Source: Anthoceros angustus | Taxonomy: Eukaryota; Plantae; Anthocerotophyta | Length of the DNA stretch: 64,000 nt | Assembly (NCBI GenBank): GCA_010909165.1 | Contig: VJWM01000025.1 | Span: 2,480,001-2,544,000 of the forward strand | Direction of reading: 5' to 3' | In this document: one piece after another, positions 39,504 through 53,729 of the stretch | How the letters are laid out: each line of letters opens with the position of its first letter | How positions within the stretch are numbered: position 1 is the first letter of the stretch | Translations under genes and position numbers: made by a program | Notes under the pieces: model-generated | Database searches by the model: none | What the model was told of the DNA's origin: nothing | The model's input: only the letters and a program-made list of their open reading frames with translations

Positions 39504-40108
39504 ATGGGCTCGATGGATGACTTGTCAAAACCGTGGTTGAAGCAAGTAACCACAATTGCTATTGGGGACAAGATCATTCTAAGAGATCGTGCATGTATCG
39601 TACAAGAAATCACAAAAGGTGGAACATTCTATTTTTGAGGAGGATATCTTCACGCAACAAGAAGTTCAAGAATATGTTCTATATTCCAAGCAATGTTACA
39701 CATTTGAGGTTTTATGTACAAAGTACTCGATGATGTCAACAAGTCAAGTATATGGAGGACCAAAATGCGTCACGTTGAAACATGAACAAAATGATAAAAC
39801 GTAGTTCTTCACCTTCCTCGAGATGAGAAACTTGATCGGTGCTTAGAAGATGGATTACTAAACGGAAAACACTTATCGATGATCGTATTGTCCATTTCAA
39901 AGGGTATTGAAAATTCCAAAGAGTTTCGTATAGAATATCTATATGACATAAATTCAATAGAACCGCTTTGGAGCGATTCACGGACCATGTTAAATATGCA
40001 TGTTGAAAAATGCAATTGGTGGCCACCGGAGAATCAAAGATTAAATCAAACTCACGTGTAAATCTTTGGAAGTACTATTCCTCCATTGATAGCGTAATGG
40101 ATATTTGA
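39504..40108 (+). pseudogene. eIF5A-like array copy 10 (frameshifted as assembled)
   Basis: Near-identical to copy 1. Confidence 0.55.
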
Positions 40109-41455
40109 AGTTGGAGCGTGCAATGTAGTGCGCCAAAGAGTTATCTCATCTCTCAAATGATGCCTCCTCATCACCTAGGTAGGAGAGTGAGATCCGTGTT
40201 TTATGAGTGGTTTTGGTGAGCTATTAGCCTTGTGTAGTCTTATTGTATTGAAATAAAGAGACTATTCACCACAAAATATGTAAAGTTTTATATAAATTTG
40301 CATCGATACCTTGGAGCCATTAGGGCCAGTTTTTGAGACATTGTGTTAACACCTTGCGACGTATCGCTGGTTCATGGGTCCTTAACCTAAGCATTATGTT
40401 ACTCCCTAACCTGTCCTGATACGATTCGGCCTACCATTTGCCGTAGATTGTCGAGCCCTGTGGCGTGGAAGTCCATTATGGTGACTCACTCGTAAGTTGC
40501 CCGCAAGGGTGTGGTTGGTTATGGAAGGAGTGGTCCAGGTTCTGTTATCGCTTTATTTACTGCATGCATTCTTGAACTCTTGCTATAGCAAAGAGCAACA
40601 GATGACGTCTTATGCCATCATCACAGGAGGCTAGCGGGCTATGCCCGGCACTACACCATGCGACCATGAAGGCTAATTACGACGGGCTACTCACAATAGT
40701 CTTTATGCCCTTTTGGCACGATGGGCCATCCAATTGCCGAGTCTTGATTGGTAATGGCTCGATCGCGAAGTGTGGAGTGCTCATTTCGATAGAACTAGCC
40801 AGCTAATGTGCACATTCCGGCTATAAATGTCGTTAGTATCTTATTCAATCCCTCATAGATTGTGAGCAGCAATTAAGCGTTTAAGATCTACACAAAATAT
40901 AAGAAAAACCACACCGAGTAGACCCGATAGTGATAGTGATTAACATCACAAGTTATTCCAAAAATAAAGGAAAGCTTCCTCCGTCTTTCTAAACACCAAA
41001 ACCCGAGCCCAAGGAAACTTTTACAAATTCATCAAATGTGTTTAAGATACAACAACTCAAAAGGCCAAAGAAACTTTTACAAATTCATCAAGGTGTCCAA
41101 AATTCAAACTCAAAAGCCAAGGAAACTTTTACAAATTCCTCAATAATGTGTATTAGACACGAAAACTCAAAGCACCGGAAAATTTTATAAATTCACCGAT
41201 GTGTCTTACACACAAAGTCTCAAAACCCAAGGAAGCTTTCACAAAATCATTGCTATATATGTACCCTTGAGCAAGTGACTTATTACATCGTGGTAATCGT
41301 AAGCATCACTAAACGGTTGCATTTTCCAAGGAAAATTTCACAAAATCATTGCTATGTATGTAGCCCCGAGCACGTGACATATTACAGTGGTAATTGCAAG
41401 CATCACCGAGCAGTTGGATTTTTCTACATAGTTGTTTCGAAATCAAAAGCGTGCC

Positions 41456-42058
41456 ATGGGCTCGATGGATGACTTGTCAAAACCAGGTTGAAGCAAGTAA
41501 CCACAATTGCTATTGGGGACAAGATCATTCTAAGAGATCGTGCATGTATCGTACAAGAAATCACAAAAGGTGGAACATTCTATTTTTGAGGGGAGGATAT
41601 CTTCACGCAACAAGAAGTTCAAGAATATGTTCTATATTCCAAGCAATGTTACACATTTGAGGTTTTATGTACAAAGTACTCGATGATGTCAACAAGTCAA
41701 GTATATGGAGGACCAAAATGCGTCACGTTGAAACATGAACAAAATGATAAAAGCGTAGTTCTTCACCTTCCTCGAGATGAGAAACTTGATCGGTGCTTAG
41801 AAGATGGATTACGAACGGAAAACACTTATCGATGATCGTATTGTCCATTTCAAAGGGTATTGAAAATTCCAAAGAGTTTCGTATAGAATATCTATATGAC
41901 ATAAATTCAATAGAACCGCTTTGGAGCGATTACGGGACCATGTTAAATATGCATGTTGAAAATGCAATTGGTGGCCAGGAGAATCAAAGATTAAATCAAA
42001 CTCACGTGTAAATCTTTGGAAGTACTATTCCTCCATTGATAGCGTAATGGATATTTGA
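41456..42058 (+). pseudogene. eIF5A-like array copy 11 (frameshifted as assembled)
   Basis: Near-identical to copy 1. Confidence 0.55.
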
Positions 42059-43408
42059 AGTTGGGCGTGCAATGTAGTGCGCCAAAGAGTTATCTCATCT
42101 CTCAAATGATGCCTCCTCATCACCTAGGTAGGAGAGTGAGATCCGTGTTTTATGAGTGGTTTTGGTGAGCTATTAGCCTTGTGTAGTCTTATTGTATTGA
42201 AATAAAGAGACTATTCACCACAAAATATGTAAAGTTTTATATAAATTTGCATAGTCTACCTTGGAGCCATTAGGGCTAGGTTTTTGAGACATTGTGTTAA
42301 CACCTTACGGCGTATCGTTGGTTCATGGGTCCTTAACCTAAGCATTATGTTACTCCTAACGTCACGATACGATTCGCCTACCATTTGCCGTAGATTGTCG
42401 AGCCAGCGTGGAAGTCCATTATGGTGACTCACTCGTAAGTTGCCCGCAAGGTGTGGTTGGTTATGGAAGGAGTGGTCCAGGTTCTGTTATGCACGGATTT
42501 ACTGCGTACATATGCATTCTTGAACTCTTGCTATAGCAAAACAACGATGACGTCTTATGCGTGACATCATCCACGGAGGCTAGCGGGCTATGCCTGGCAC
42601 TACACCATGCACGACCATGAAGGCTAATTACGCACGGGCTACTCACAATAGTCTTTATGCCCTTTTGGCACGATGGGCCATCCAATTCTTGACTGACCGT
42701 CTTGATTGGTCGGGCTAATAGATCACGAGTGTGGAGTGCTCGACTTTCGAGAACTAGCCAGCTAATGTGCACATTCCGGCTATAAATGTCGTTAGTATCT
42801 TATTCAATCCCTCATAGATTGTGAGAATTAAGCGTTTAAGATCTACACAAAATATAAGAAAAACCACACCGAGTAGACCCGATAGTGATAGTGATTAACA
42901 TCACAAGTTATTCCAAAAATAAAGGAAAGCTTCCTCCGTCTTTCTAAACACCAAAACCCGAGCCCAAGGAAACTTTTACAAATTCATCAAATGTGTTTAA
43001 GATACAACAACTCAAAAGGCCAAAGAAACTTTTACAAATTCATCAAGGTGTCCAAAATTCAAACTCAAAAGCCAAGGAAACTTTTACAAATTCTCAATAA
43101 TGTGTATTAGACACGAAAACTCAAAGCACCAGAAAATTTTATAAATTCACGATGTGTCTTACACACAAAGTCTCAAAACCAAGGAAGCTTTCACAAAATC
43201 ATTGCTATATATGTACCCTTGAGCAAGTGACTTATTACATCGTGGTAATCGCAAGCATCACTAAGCAGTTGCATTTTCCAAGGAAAATTTCACAAAATCA
43301 TTGCTATGTATGTAGCCCGAGCACGTGACATATTACACAGTGGTAATTGCAAGCATCACCGAACGGTTGGATTTTTCTACATAGTTGTTTCGAAATCAAA
43401 AGCGTGCC

Positions 43409-44009
43409 ATGGGCTCGATGGATGACTTGTCAAAACCGGGGTTGAAGCAAGTAACCACAATTGCTATTGGGGACAAGATCATTCTAAGAGATCGTGCATG
43501 TATCGTACAAGAAATCACAAAAGGTGGAACATTCTATTTTTGAGGAGGATATCTTCACGCAACAAGAAGTTCAAGAATATGTTCTATATTCCAAGCAATG
43601 TTACACATTTGAGGTTTTATGTACAAAGTACTCGATGATGTCAACAAGTCAAGTATATGGAGGACCAAAATGCGTCACGTTGAAACATGAACAAAATGAT
43701 AAAACGTAGTTCTTCACCTTCCTCGAGATGAGAAACTTGATCGGTGCTTAGAAGATGGATTACGAACGGAAAACACTTATCGATGATCGTATTGTCCATT
43801 TCAAAGGGTATTGAAAATTCCAAAGAGTTTCGTATAGAATATCTATATGACATAAATTCAATAGAACCGCTTTGGAGCGATTCACGGACCATGTTAAATA
43901 TGCATGTTGAAAATGCAATTGGTGGCCACCGGAGAATCAAAGATTAAATCAAACTCACGTAAATCTTTGGAAGTACTATTCCTCCATTGATAGCGTAATG
44001 GATATTTGA
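43409..44009 (+). pseudogene. eIF5A-like array copy 12 (frameshifted as assembled)
   Basis: Near-identical to copy 1. Confidence 0.55.
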
Positions 44010-45341
44010 AGTTGGAGCGTGCAATGTAGTGCGCCAAAGAGTTATCTCATCTCTCAAATGATGCCTCCTCATCACCTAGGTAGGAGAGTGAGATCCGTGT
44101 TTTATGAGTGGTTTTGGTGAGCTATTAGCCTTGTGTAGTCTTATTGTATTGAAATAAAGAGACTATTCACCACAAAATATGTAAAGTTTTATATAAATTT
44201 GCATCGTATACCTTGGAGCCATTAGGGCCGCTTTTGAGACATTGTGTTAACACCTTGCGACGTGTCATGGTTCATGGGTCCTTAACCTAAGCATTATGTT
44301 ACTCCCTAACTGTCTGATACGATTATACCATTTGCCGTAGATTGTCGAGCCACAGCGTGGAAGTCCATTATGGTGACTCACTCGTAAGTTGCCCGCAAGG
44401 GTGTGGTTGGTTATGGAAGGAGTGGTCCGGGGTTCTGTTATCGCTGGATTACTGCGTACATATGCATTCTTGAACTCTTGCTATAGCAAAGAGCAACGAT
44501 GAGCGTCTTATGCGTGACATCATCCACAGGAGGCTAGCGGGCTGCCTCGGCACTACACCATGCATGAAGGCTAATTACACGGGCTACTCACAATAGTCTT
44601 TATGCCTTTTGGCGATGGGCCATCCAATTCGACTGCCGTCTTGATTGGCCCAATCGGGCTAATGTGATAAGTGTGGAGTGCTCATTTCGAGAACTAGCCT
44701 AATGTGCACATTCCGGCTATAAATGTCGTTAGTATCTTATTCAATCCCTCATAGATTGTGAGCAGCAATTAAGCGTTTAAGATCTACACAAAATATAAGA
44801 AAAACCACACGAGTAGACCCATAATTTTTATCAATAGTGATTAACATCACAAGTTATTCCAAAAATAAAGGAAAGCTTCCTCCGCCTTTCTAAACACCAA
44901 AACCCAAGGAAACTTTTACAAATTCATCAAATGTGTTTAAGATACAACAACTCAAAAGAAACTTTTACAAATTCATCAAGGTGTCCAAAATTCAAAACTC
45001 AAAAGCCAAGGAAACTTTTACAAATTCCTCAATAATGTGTATTAGACACGAAAACTCAAAGCACCAGAAAAATTTTATAAATTCACGATGTGTCTTACAC
45101 ACAAAGTCTCAAAACCCAAGGAAGCTTTCACAAAATCATTGCTATATATGTACCCTTGAGCAAGTGACTTATTACATCGTGGTAATCGCAAGCATCACTA
45201 AGCGGTTGCATTTTCCAAGGAAAATTTCACAAAATCATTGCTATGTATGTAGCACGAGCACGTGACATATTACAGTGGTAATTGCAAGCATCACCGAGCG
45301 GTTGGATTTTTCTACATAGTTGTTTAAATCAAAAGCGTGCC

Positions 45342-45941
45342 ATGGGCTCGTGGATGACTTGTCAAAACCAGGTTGAAGCAAGTAACCACAATTGCTATTG
45401 GGGACAAGATCATTCTAAGAGATCGTGCATGTATCGTACAAGAAATCACAAAAGGTGGAACATTCTATTTTTGAGGGGAGGATATCTTCACGCAACAAGA
45501 AGTTCAAGAATATGTTCTATATTCCAAGCAATGTTACACATTTGAGGTTTTATGTACAAAGTACTCGATGATGTCAACAAGTCAAGTATATGGAGGACCA
45601 AAATGCGTCACGTTGAAACATGAACAAAATGATAAAAAATAGTTCTTCACCTTCCTCGAGATGAGAAACTTGATCGGTGCTTAGAAGATGGATTAAACGG
45701 AAAACACTTATCGATGATCGTATTGTCCATTTCAAAGGGTATTGAAAATTCCAAAGAGTTTAGATAGAATATCTATATGACATAAATTCAATAGAACCGC
45801 TTTGGAGCGATTACGGGACCATGTTAAATATGCATGTTGAAAATGCAATTGGTGGCCACCGGAGAATCAAAGATTAAATCAAACTCACGTGTAAATCTTT
45901 GGAAGTACTATTCCTCCATTGATAGCGTAATGGATATTTGA
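45342..45941 (+). pseudogene. eIF5A-like array copy 13 (frameshifted as assembled)
   Basis: Near-identical to copy 1. Confidence 0.55.
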
Positions 45942-47273
45942 AGTTGGAGCGTGCAATGTAGTGCGCCAAAGAGTTATCTCATCTCTCAAATGATGCCTCC
46001 TCATCACCTAGGTAGGAGAGTGAGATCCGTGTTTTATGAGTGGTTTTGGTGAGCTATTAGCCTTGTGTAGTCTTATTGTATTGAAATAAAGAGACTATTC
46101 ACCACAAAATATGTAAAGTTTTATATAAATTTGCATCAGATACCTTGGAGCCATTAGGGCCGCTTTTTGAGACATTGTGTTAACACCTTGCGACGTGTCG
46201 GTGGTTCATGGGTCCTTAACCTAAGCATTATGTTACTCCCTAACTGTCTGATCGATTACCATTTGCCGTGGTGATTGAGCGTGGAAGTCCATTATGGTGA
46301 CTCACTCGTAAGTTGCCCGCAAGGGTGTGGTTGGTTATGGAAGGAGTGGTCCAGGTTCTGTTATCGCTGGATTTGCGTACATATGCATTCTTGAACTCTT
46401 GCTATAGCAAAGAGCAACGATGACGCCTTGTCTGTGACATCATCCACAGGAGGCTAGCGGGCTATGCCCCGGCACTACACCATGCGCCATGAAGGCTAAT
46501 TACGCACGGGCTACTCACAATAGTCTTTATGCCCGCACGATGGGCCATCCAATTGCGACGTCTTGATTGGCCCAATCGGGCTAATGGCCCGATCGTGAAG
46601 TGTGGAGTGCTCGACTTCGATAGAACTAGCTAATGTGCACATTCTATAAATGTCGTTAGTATCTTATTCAATCCCTCATAGATTGTGAGCGAATTAAGCG
46701 TTTAAGATCTACACAAAATATAAGAAAAACCACGAGTAGACCCGATAATTTTTATCAATAGTGATTAACATCACAAGTTATTCCAAAAATAAAGGAAGCT
46801 TCCTCCGCCTTTCTAAACACCAAAACCCGAGCCCAAGGAAACTTTTACAAATTCATCAAATGTGTTTAAGATACAACAACTCAAAAGGCCAAAGAAACTT
46901 TTACAAATTCATCAAGGTGTCCAAAATTCAAAAACTCAAAAGCCAAGGAAACTTTTACAAATTCCTCAATAATGTGTATTAGACACGAAAACTCAAAGCA
47001 CCGGAAAATTTTATAAATTCACCGATGTGTCTTACACACAAAGTCTCAAAACCCAAGGAAGCTTTCACAAAATCATTGCTATATATGTACCCTTGAGCAA
47101 GTGACTTATTACATCGTGGTAATCAAGCATCACGGTTGCATTTTCCAAGGAAAATTTCACAAAATCATTGCTATGTATGTAGCCCGAGCACGTGACATAT
47201 TACAGTGGTAATTGCAAGCATCACCGAACGGTTGGATTTTTCTACATAGTTGTTTCGAAATCAAAAGCGTGCC

Positions 47274-47880
47274 ATGGGCTCGTGGATGACTTGTCAAAAC
47301 CGAGGGTTGAAGCAAGTAACCACAATTGCTATTGGGGACAAGATCATTCTAAGAGATCGTGCATGTATCGTACAAGAAATCACAAAAGGTGGAACATTCT
47401 ATTTTTTGAGGGGAGGATATCTTCACGCAACAAGAAGTTCAAGAATATGTTCTATATTCCAAGCAATGTTACACATTTGAGGTTTTATGTACAAAGTACT
47501 CGATGATGTCAACAAGTCAAGTATATGGAGGACCAAAATGCGCCACGTTGAAACATGAACAAAATGATAAAACGTAGTTCTTCACCTTCCTCGAGATGAG
47601 AAACTTGATCGGTGCTTAGAAGATGGATTACGAACGGAAAACACTTATCGATGATCGTATTGTCCATTTCAAAGGGTATTGAAAATTCCAAAGAGTTTCA
47701 GATAGAATATCTATATGACATAAATTCAATAGAACCGCTTTGGAGCGATTACGGGACCATGTTAAATATGCATGTTGAAAATGCAATTGGTGGCCACCAG
47801 GAGAATCAAAGATTAAATCAAACTCACGTGTAAATCTTTGGAAGTACTATTCCTCCATTGATAGCGTAATGGATATTTGA
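47274..47880 (+). pseudogene. eIF5A-like array copy 14 (frameshifted as assembled)
   Basis: Near-identical to copy 1. Confidence 0.55.
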
Positions 47881-49280
47881 AGTTGGAGCGTGCAATGTAG
47901 TGCGCCAAAGAGTTATCTCATCTCTCAAATGATGCCTCCTCATCACCTAGGTAGGAGAGTGAGATCCGTGTTTTATGAGTGGTTTTGGTGAGCTATTAGC
48001 CTTGTGTAGTCTTATTGTATTGAAATAAAGAGACTATTCACCACAAAATATGTAAAGTTTTATATAAATTTGCATCAGTATACCTTGGAGCCATTAGGGC
48101 CGTTTTTGAGACATTGTGTTAACACCTTGCGACGATCTGGTTCATGGGTCCTTAACCTAAGCATTATGTTACTCCCTAACTGTCTGATACGATTCGCCTA
48201 CCATTTGCCGTAGATTGTCGAGCCTGTGGCGTGGAAGTCCATTATGGTGACTCACTCGTAAGTTGCCCGCAAGGGTGTGGTTGGTTATGGAAGGAGTGGT
48301 CCAGGTTCTGTTATCGCTGGATTTACATATGCATTCTTGAACTCTTGCTATAGCAAAGAGCAACGATGACGTCTTGTCGTGACATCATCCTCGGAGGCTA
48401 GCGGGCTATGCCTGGCACTACACCATGCACCATGAAGGCTAATTACGCACGGCTACTCACAATAGTCTTTATGCCCTTTTGGCGATGGGCCATCCAATTC
48501 GGCGACCGTCTTGATTGGTAATGGCTCGATCGCGAAGTGTGGAGTGCTCGAGAGAACTAGCCACTAATGTGCACATTCCGGCTATAAATGTCGTTAGTAT
48601 CTTATTCAATCCCTCATAGATTGTGAGCAGCAATTAAGCGTTTAAGATCTACACAAAATATAAGAAAAACCACACCGAGTAGACCCGATAATTTTTATCA
48701 ATAGTGATTAACATCACAAGTTATTCCAAAAATAAAGGAAGCTTCCCTGTCTTTCTAAACACCAAAACCCGAGCCCAAGGAAACTTTTACAAATTCATCA
48801 AATGTGTTTAAGATACAACAACTCAAAAGGCCAAAGAAACTTTTACAAATTCATCAAATGTGTTTAAGATACAACAACTCAAAAGACCAAAGAAACTTTT
48901 ACAAATTCATCAAGGTGTCCAAAATTCAAAAACTCAAAAGCCAAGGAAACTTTTACAAATTCCTCAATAATGTGTATTAGACACGAAAACTCAAAAGCAC
49001 CAGAAAAATTTTATAAATTCACCGATGTGTCTTACACACAAAGTCTCAAAACCCAAGGAAGCTTTCACAAAATCATTGCTATATATGTACCCTTGAGCAA
49101 GTGACTTATTACATCGTGGTAATCGCAAGCATCACTAAACGGTTGCATTTTCCAAGGAAAATTTCACAAAATCATTGCTATGTATGTAGCCCCGAGCACG
49201 TGACATATTACAGTGGTAATTGCAAGCATCACCGAACGGTTGGACTTTTCTACATAGTTGTTTCAAATCAAAAGCGTGCC

Positions 49281-49882
49281 ATGGGCTCGATGGATGACTT
49301 GTCAAAACCGTGGTTGAAGCAAGTAACCACAATTGCTATTGGGGACAAGATCATTCTAAGAGATCGTGGATGTATCGACAAGAAATCACAAAAGGTGGAA
49401 CATTCTATTTTTGAGGGGAGGATATCTTCACGCAACAAGAAGTTCAAGAATATGTTCTATATTCCAAGCAATGTTACACATTTGAGGTTTTATGTACAAA
49501 GTACTCGATGATGTCAACAAGTCAAGTATATGGAGGACCAAAATGCGCCACGTTGAAACATGAACAAAATGATAAAACGTAGTTCTTCACCTTCCTCGAG
49601 ATGAGAAACTTGATCGGTGCTTAGAAGATGGATTACGAACGGAAAACACTTATCGATGATCGTATTGTCCATTTCAAAGGGTATTGAAAATTCCAAAGAG
49701 TTTCGTATAGAATATCTATATGACATAAATTCAATAGAACCGCTTTGGAGCGATTCGGGACCATGTTAAATATGCATGTTGAAAATGCAATTGGTGGCCA
49801 CCAGAGAATCAAAGATTAAATCAAACTCACGTGTAAATCTTTGAAGTACTATTCCTCCATTGATAGCGTAATGGATATTTGA
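49281..49882 (+). pseudogene. eIF5A-like array copy 15 (frameshifted as assembled)
   Basis: Near-identical to copy 1. Confidence 0.55.
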
Positions 49883-50215
49883 AGTTGGAGCGTGCAATGT
49901 AGTGCGCCAAAGAGTTATCTCATCTCTCAAATGATGCCTCCTCATCACCTAGGTAGGAGAGTGAGATCCGTGTTTTATGAGTGGTTTTGGTGAGCTATTA
50001 GCCTTGTGTAGTCTTATTGTATTGAAATAAAGAGACTATTCACCACAAAATATGTAAAGTTTTATATAAATTTGCATAGTCTACCTTGGAGCCATTAGGG
50101 CTAGGTTTTTGAGACATTGTGTTAACACCTTGCGACGTATCAGTGGTTCATGGGTTTGCAACTTGTAGTTCTAGCGCCGTCAACTTCATCAGAGCCTGCG
50201 TTTCACACCTTGTGA

Positions 50216-50325
50216 CATGGCACCCGTGGTAAGTAGGCCCTTCTCTATCTCCGACTGGGGGTGGTTGGAGGTTACAAGATAGATTTATTTCATGGCACCT
50301 GCAGTAAGTAGGCCCTTCTCTATCT
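50216..50325. repeat. Short direct repeat (~75-bp period) just right of the array
   Basis: catggcacc..gtaagtaggcccttctctatct occurs at ~50216 and ~50291. Confidence 0.7.
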
Positions 50326-53300
50326 TAGACGCGGCATCTTGGAGGCGGTTGGGGGTTATAGGATAGATTAGTGCTGGGGTATGCCTGCCTCCCCTGGACT
50401 GTCGCCCCGTCATGGGTTGTCCCTTTCAACTAGGGGTAGATGGGATTTCTCATCTCGTTCTTTTTATAAAGTCTCCACCTTCATTTATGCATATGTATAA
50501 AGTCTCCATTCCCCACAAATATATTTATAAAGTCTCCATTCCCTACAAATACATATCAGGTATGATGTGATGGGTCCAAAATGCTTCCGCCAAACTCAGG
50601 CTCGTAAGGGCGCACAAAACGCTTGGTGCAGTGCGATACAGTAGTCAAATCCCAAAAGCCGGCCGCTGCAGAGACTTGCATTCTGGAATCCAATTGCTTT
50701 CTCTTTTAGCAGCTTCCATTCCGTCAACTCCTGTCAGGCGCTACGTCAGTGTTAGCAGTGACGCGGTCTTCCTGGGGTGTATCTGCAGGCTCCATTAAAG
50801 CCCGTTTCACATCTTGCGAATGTCGGTAGTTCCAGGGCCGCGTGGATGCAGCTCATTGGGCACCAGGGCAACCGGATCTTCCTCCTTGCTAACGTGCTGG
50901 ACGTGGGATCGGAGTGCCTGGTCGGTTTCTGTACACGCACATGTGTGGACGGCACCGCGGAATTGGTGTTCATCGTTTGTGACTGCACCCTAGCTTGATG
51001 CAAGGAATTTGAATTGATGCGGGTAGACATTCCGCACTCGTGCAGTGCTGCCGGATTGCTAGGTTTAAGGCTTGCTTCGTTTCGCGCCAGAGTCCGTGTG
51101 TCCAAGTGAAAAGTGACAGGGCTTGCAGGAACAAAGCAACACTTGCTGATGCGGCTTCTTCGCAGATCAGGACTTCAAGATAGACGAAGCTAGATGCGTA
51201 ATTGGACGGCTGTAAGCAGATCTGAAAAAATTGGAGGTCGGCATCTCTTCGCAAGGGGATAGGGAGCCTTGCGGTTCTGTAATGTTCACAAAAGTCTTTG
51301 AAATACAAATCAAAATCAAGGAATTGATGGATCACTCTGTATTGGAAACCTGACACTCTGCTGTATAATCTACACAGTCCCCAAGGTACTGAAGGAGATG
51401 TATAAGCGCTCTGACAGGTGGTAACCTTCGCCGGTCTGTTCAGGGATGCAATGTACAACAAGGGGAACACCAGAGCTTCACACACGGCTAGGCGATTTTC
51501 GCCGCTTCAAAAAATCTCCTCACCTGGAGCATGCCTGGATCTGAGGCGAATCCGGGATGAGGAACACACTAGGTATCTCTCCAGCAGTAGCCTCGAGAGA
51601 GTTTGCAAGCCGAAGCCGAGGGTTTGGAGCGATAGGGATGGCCGGTCTCAATACCCTTGGTACACATAATCGGTATGCAGTCCGGGATCCTTGGACGGCG
51701 CAGTTGCCGGCGGCGGAGAAGGTGGTGGCGACGTCGCACTTGAAGCAGTAATTGTTTTCAGCAGACTTCGCCTCTCTCGGCTGGATGATTCCAGAGCTGT
51801 CTCAACCTCAGGCTCCTGACCGCACCAGCATGAATTCGAACCGGTAAGTCAGCTCCCATGTCACACACTGTCAAAGAAAACCCCAGCCGGCTGTCTGCGC
51901 AGGCTGGTGGAAGAGGAAGAGTGTAGAAGCTTACAAACTTATACTCACTGACGAGGCTCAACAAATTTCTGCTTCCAGGTTGAGCGGATGACAACACGAG
52001 AGCTGCAGAATCAACACAGCAGAGAAGAGGTGAGTAACCGCAGGCCAGCATTCATGAAAAACTGTCCCGAATGCGGTGCGAGATGTGGTGAGCACCTGCT
52101 TCCGTGATAGGACGGATGCTCTGGGCCGAGACATGTAGCAAGGCGAGGCAGAGGAGCAACAGCCAGGTTCTGGCGAGGCAAGCCATGTCCGCAACCTTTT
52201 GAGAAGTCTCGCTGGCGCAACTGCACAGGCCCGAGTAGATGAGCAGCAGCAGGGTAGCAGATGCAGACAGAACAGGAAGGTTGCACTGCAGAAGGCCACT
52301 TTGCCTGCAGCTTGAGGGACAGCCTTGTCCTCACCTTCCTGCCCTCTACCACTCTTCACGCGCTGTCACGCCTTGGATGATGCCTCTGACAGGGCCATGG
52401 TTGACCTTGCTTTGTAGGTACATAGAGAGAAGAAGGCCGGCCCCGGAGGAGCTGCTCCAGGAGACGTGAGAGGAAATGATGAAGCCGCGGCGGCTCTGGT
52501 GCAGGTTTCCAACAATAGGGAGGTAGCTGCAGCGGTGGGACGGAGAGAGATGGTATCAGAAGGAAGATAAAATCCAGCATTGGGCCCCGGGGAGTACAGT
52601 GGAGGAGTGTTGTTGGCTCTTGCCCCCTCATTGGCTGCAATGCGGCATCAACGCAGGTAGATAAGAGGAAGTCATCCACGATTTGTTTTCTTGCCGAGCA
52701 AGTTGCAACAAGATGGTTTCCACCATAAAAGCACTTGGGTCTTGGGAATTGGAGCAGCAAACGCCCGAGGGCTGCCCTAGATGAGGAGGACAGCACTGCT
52801 TCTAACTTTGTGCCAGGGGCAAGTGAAGGTCAAATGAGAGAGGCAGAACCTGCCTGCCTCACTCCTGCCTTCCTGCTTTCCTGCCTTTTCACGAGATTAT
52901 ATGCTACAGACTTGTGTATGCAAGCCACGCCATCTGCTGTCTGTCCAGCTGACAATGCAAAGGGGACTCGAGCAGCCCCAGCTGTACTGACTGTCCTGCC
53001 GGGTTGCTGCAGAGAAGGAGCAGCAGAAGTGCTTAATAGTGGGCTGCAACAAGCTGCAATCCTGGGAAGACCGGCTGAATGCAGCTGGGTAGCTTTGCTG
53101 GGACATGTGGGGGCATGTACGTATGCTGGAGGGGCGGCGCGGTCATCTGAAGAGAGAGGGCGAGTGCAGCTCTCGCAGAAAGACGTCTGGAGGGCTTGTG
53201 CATGCGGGGCCCCGGGAGTCGAAGATAGAGAAAATAGAGAGAGAGAGAGCGATACTTGTTACAGTAGCGAGGGACCCAGGCAACTTGGTTGCATCCCGAA

Positions 53301-53729
53301 CACGCATAAACAAGGGGTTTCAATGCCATGGCGGGCCTCCAGTCGGCAACATTTCTGAAGCCAGCAACATATCCCCGCGTGCCCCCACGAGGCGCGCACA
53401 CAGCGGGCTCCCGTCAAAAATTAGGCGGCAGCCGGAGGAAACTGCCAACCTCTAGAGGGGACAAAATTGGAGATGCCGGGCCCGCCTTCCACCGCTCTTT
53501 AAAGCTGGACACATGTCGGTACCCTAGTCAACGGCACGTTATCAGCGTTATGTATGGTATAGGTATGGCTAGGCACACCTACTGTAGGGGGCAGTTGAGA
53601 CTTTGAAACTTGGCTCCGAGCTCACATGCTCGCCGAGTCTTCGGATACCTATCCTTCACCTACAAAGTGTTAAAGATGAAGACTTTTTCGGTTAGTTTTG
53701 AACTCTTGCTATCTAGGAACTCTACCTAG

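Larger units (their letters stand above)
21615..50155 (+). repeat. Head-to-tail tandem array, ~1955-bp unit, ~14.6 units, 15 eIF5A-like gene copies
   Basis: The anchor GCCATGGGCT places ATGs at 21909, 23884, 25846, 27813, 29762, 31703, 33648, 35595, 37549, 39504, 41456, 43409, 45342, 47274 and 49281. Similarity ends after GGTTCATGGGT at 50155. Confidence 0.97.

Noticed and set aside
21615-50155. Array as CRISPR, rDNA/5S or simple satellite
   Set aside because: There are no unique spacers and no recognisable rRNA sequence; the unit is ~2 kb and has a protein-coding paralog at 60267.
50700-53450. Gene-like GC-balanced region with several ORFs and splice-like sites
   Set aside because: I could not build a consistent model or recognise a domain on either strand; left unassigned pending RNA-seq.
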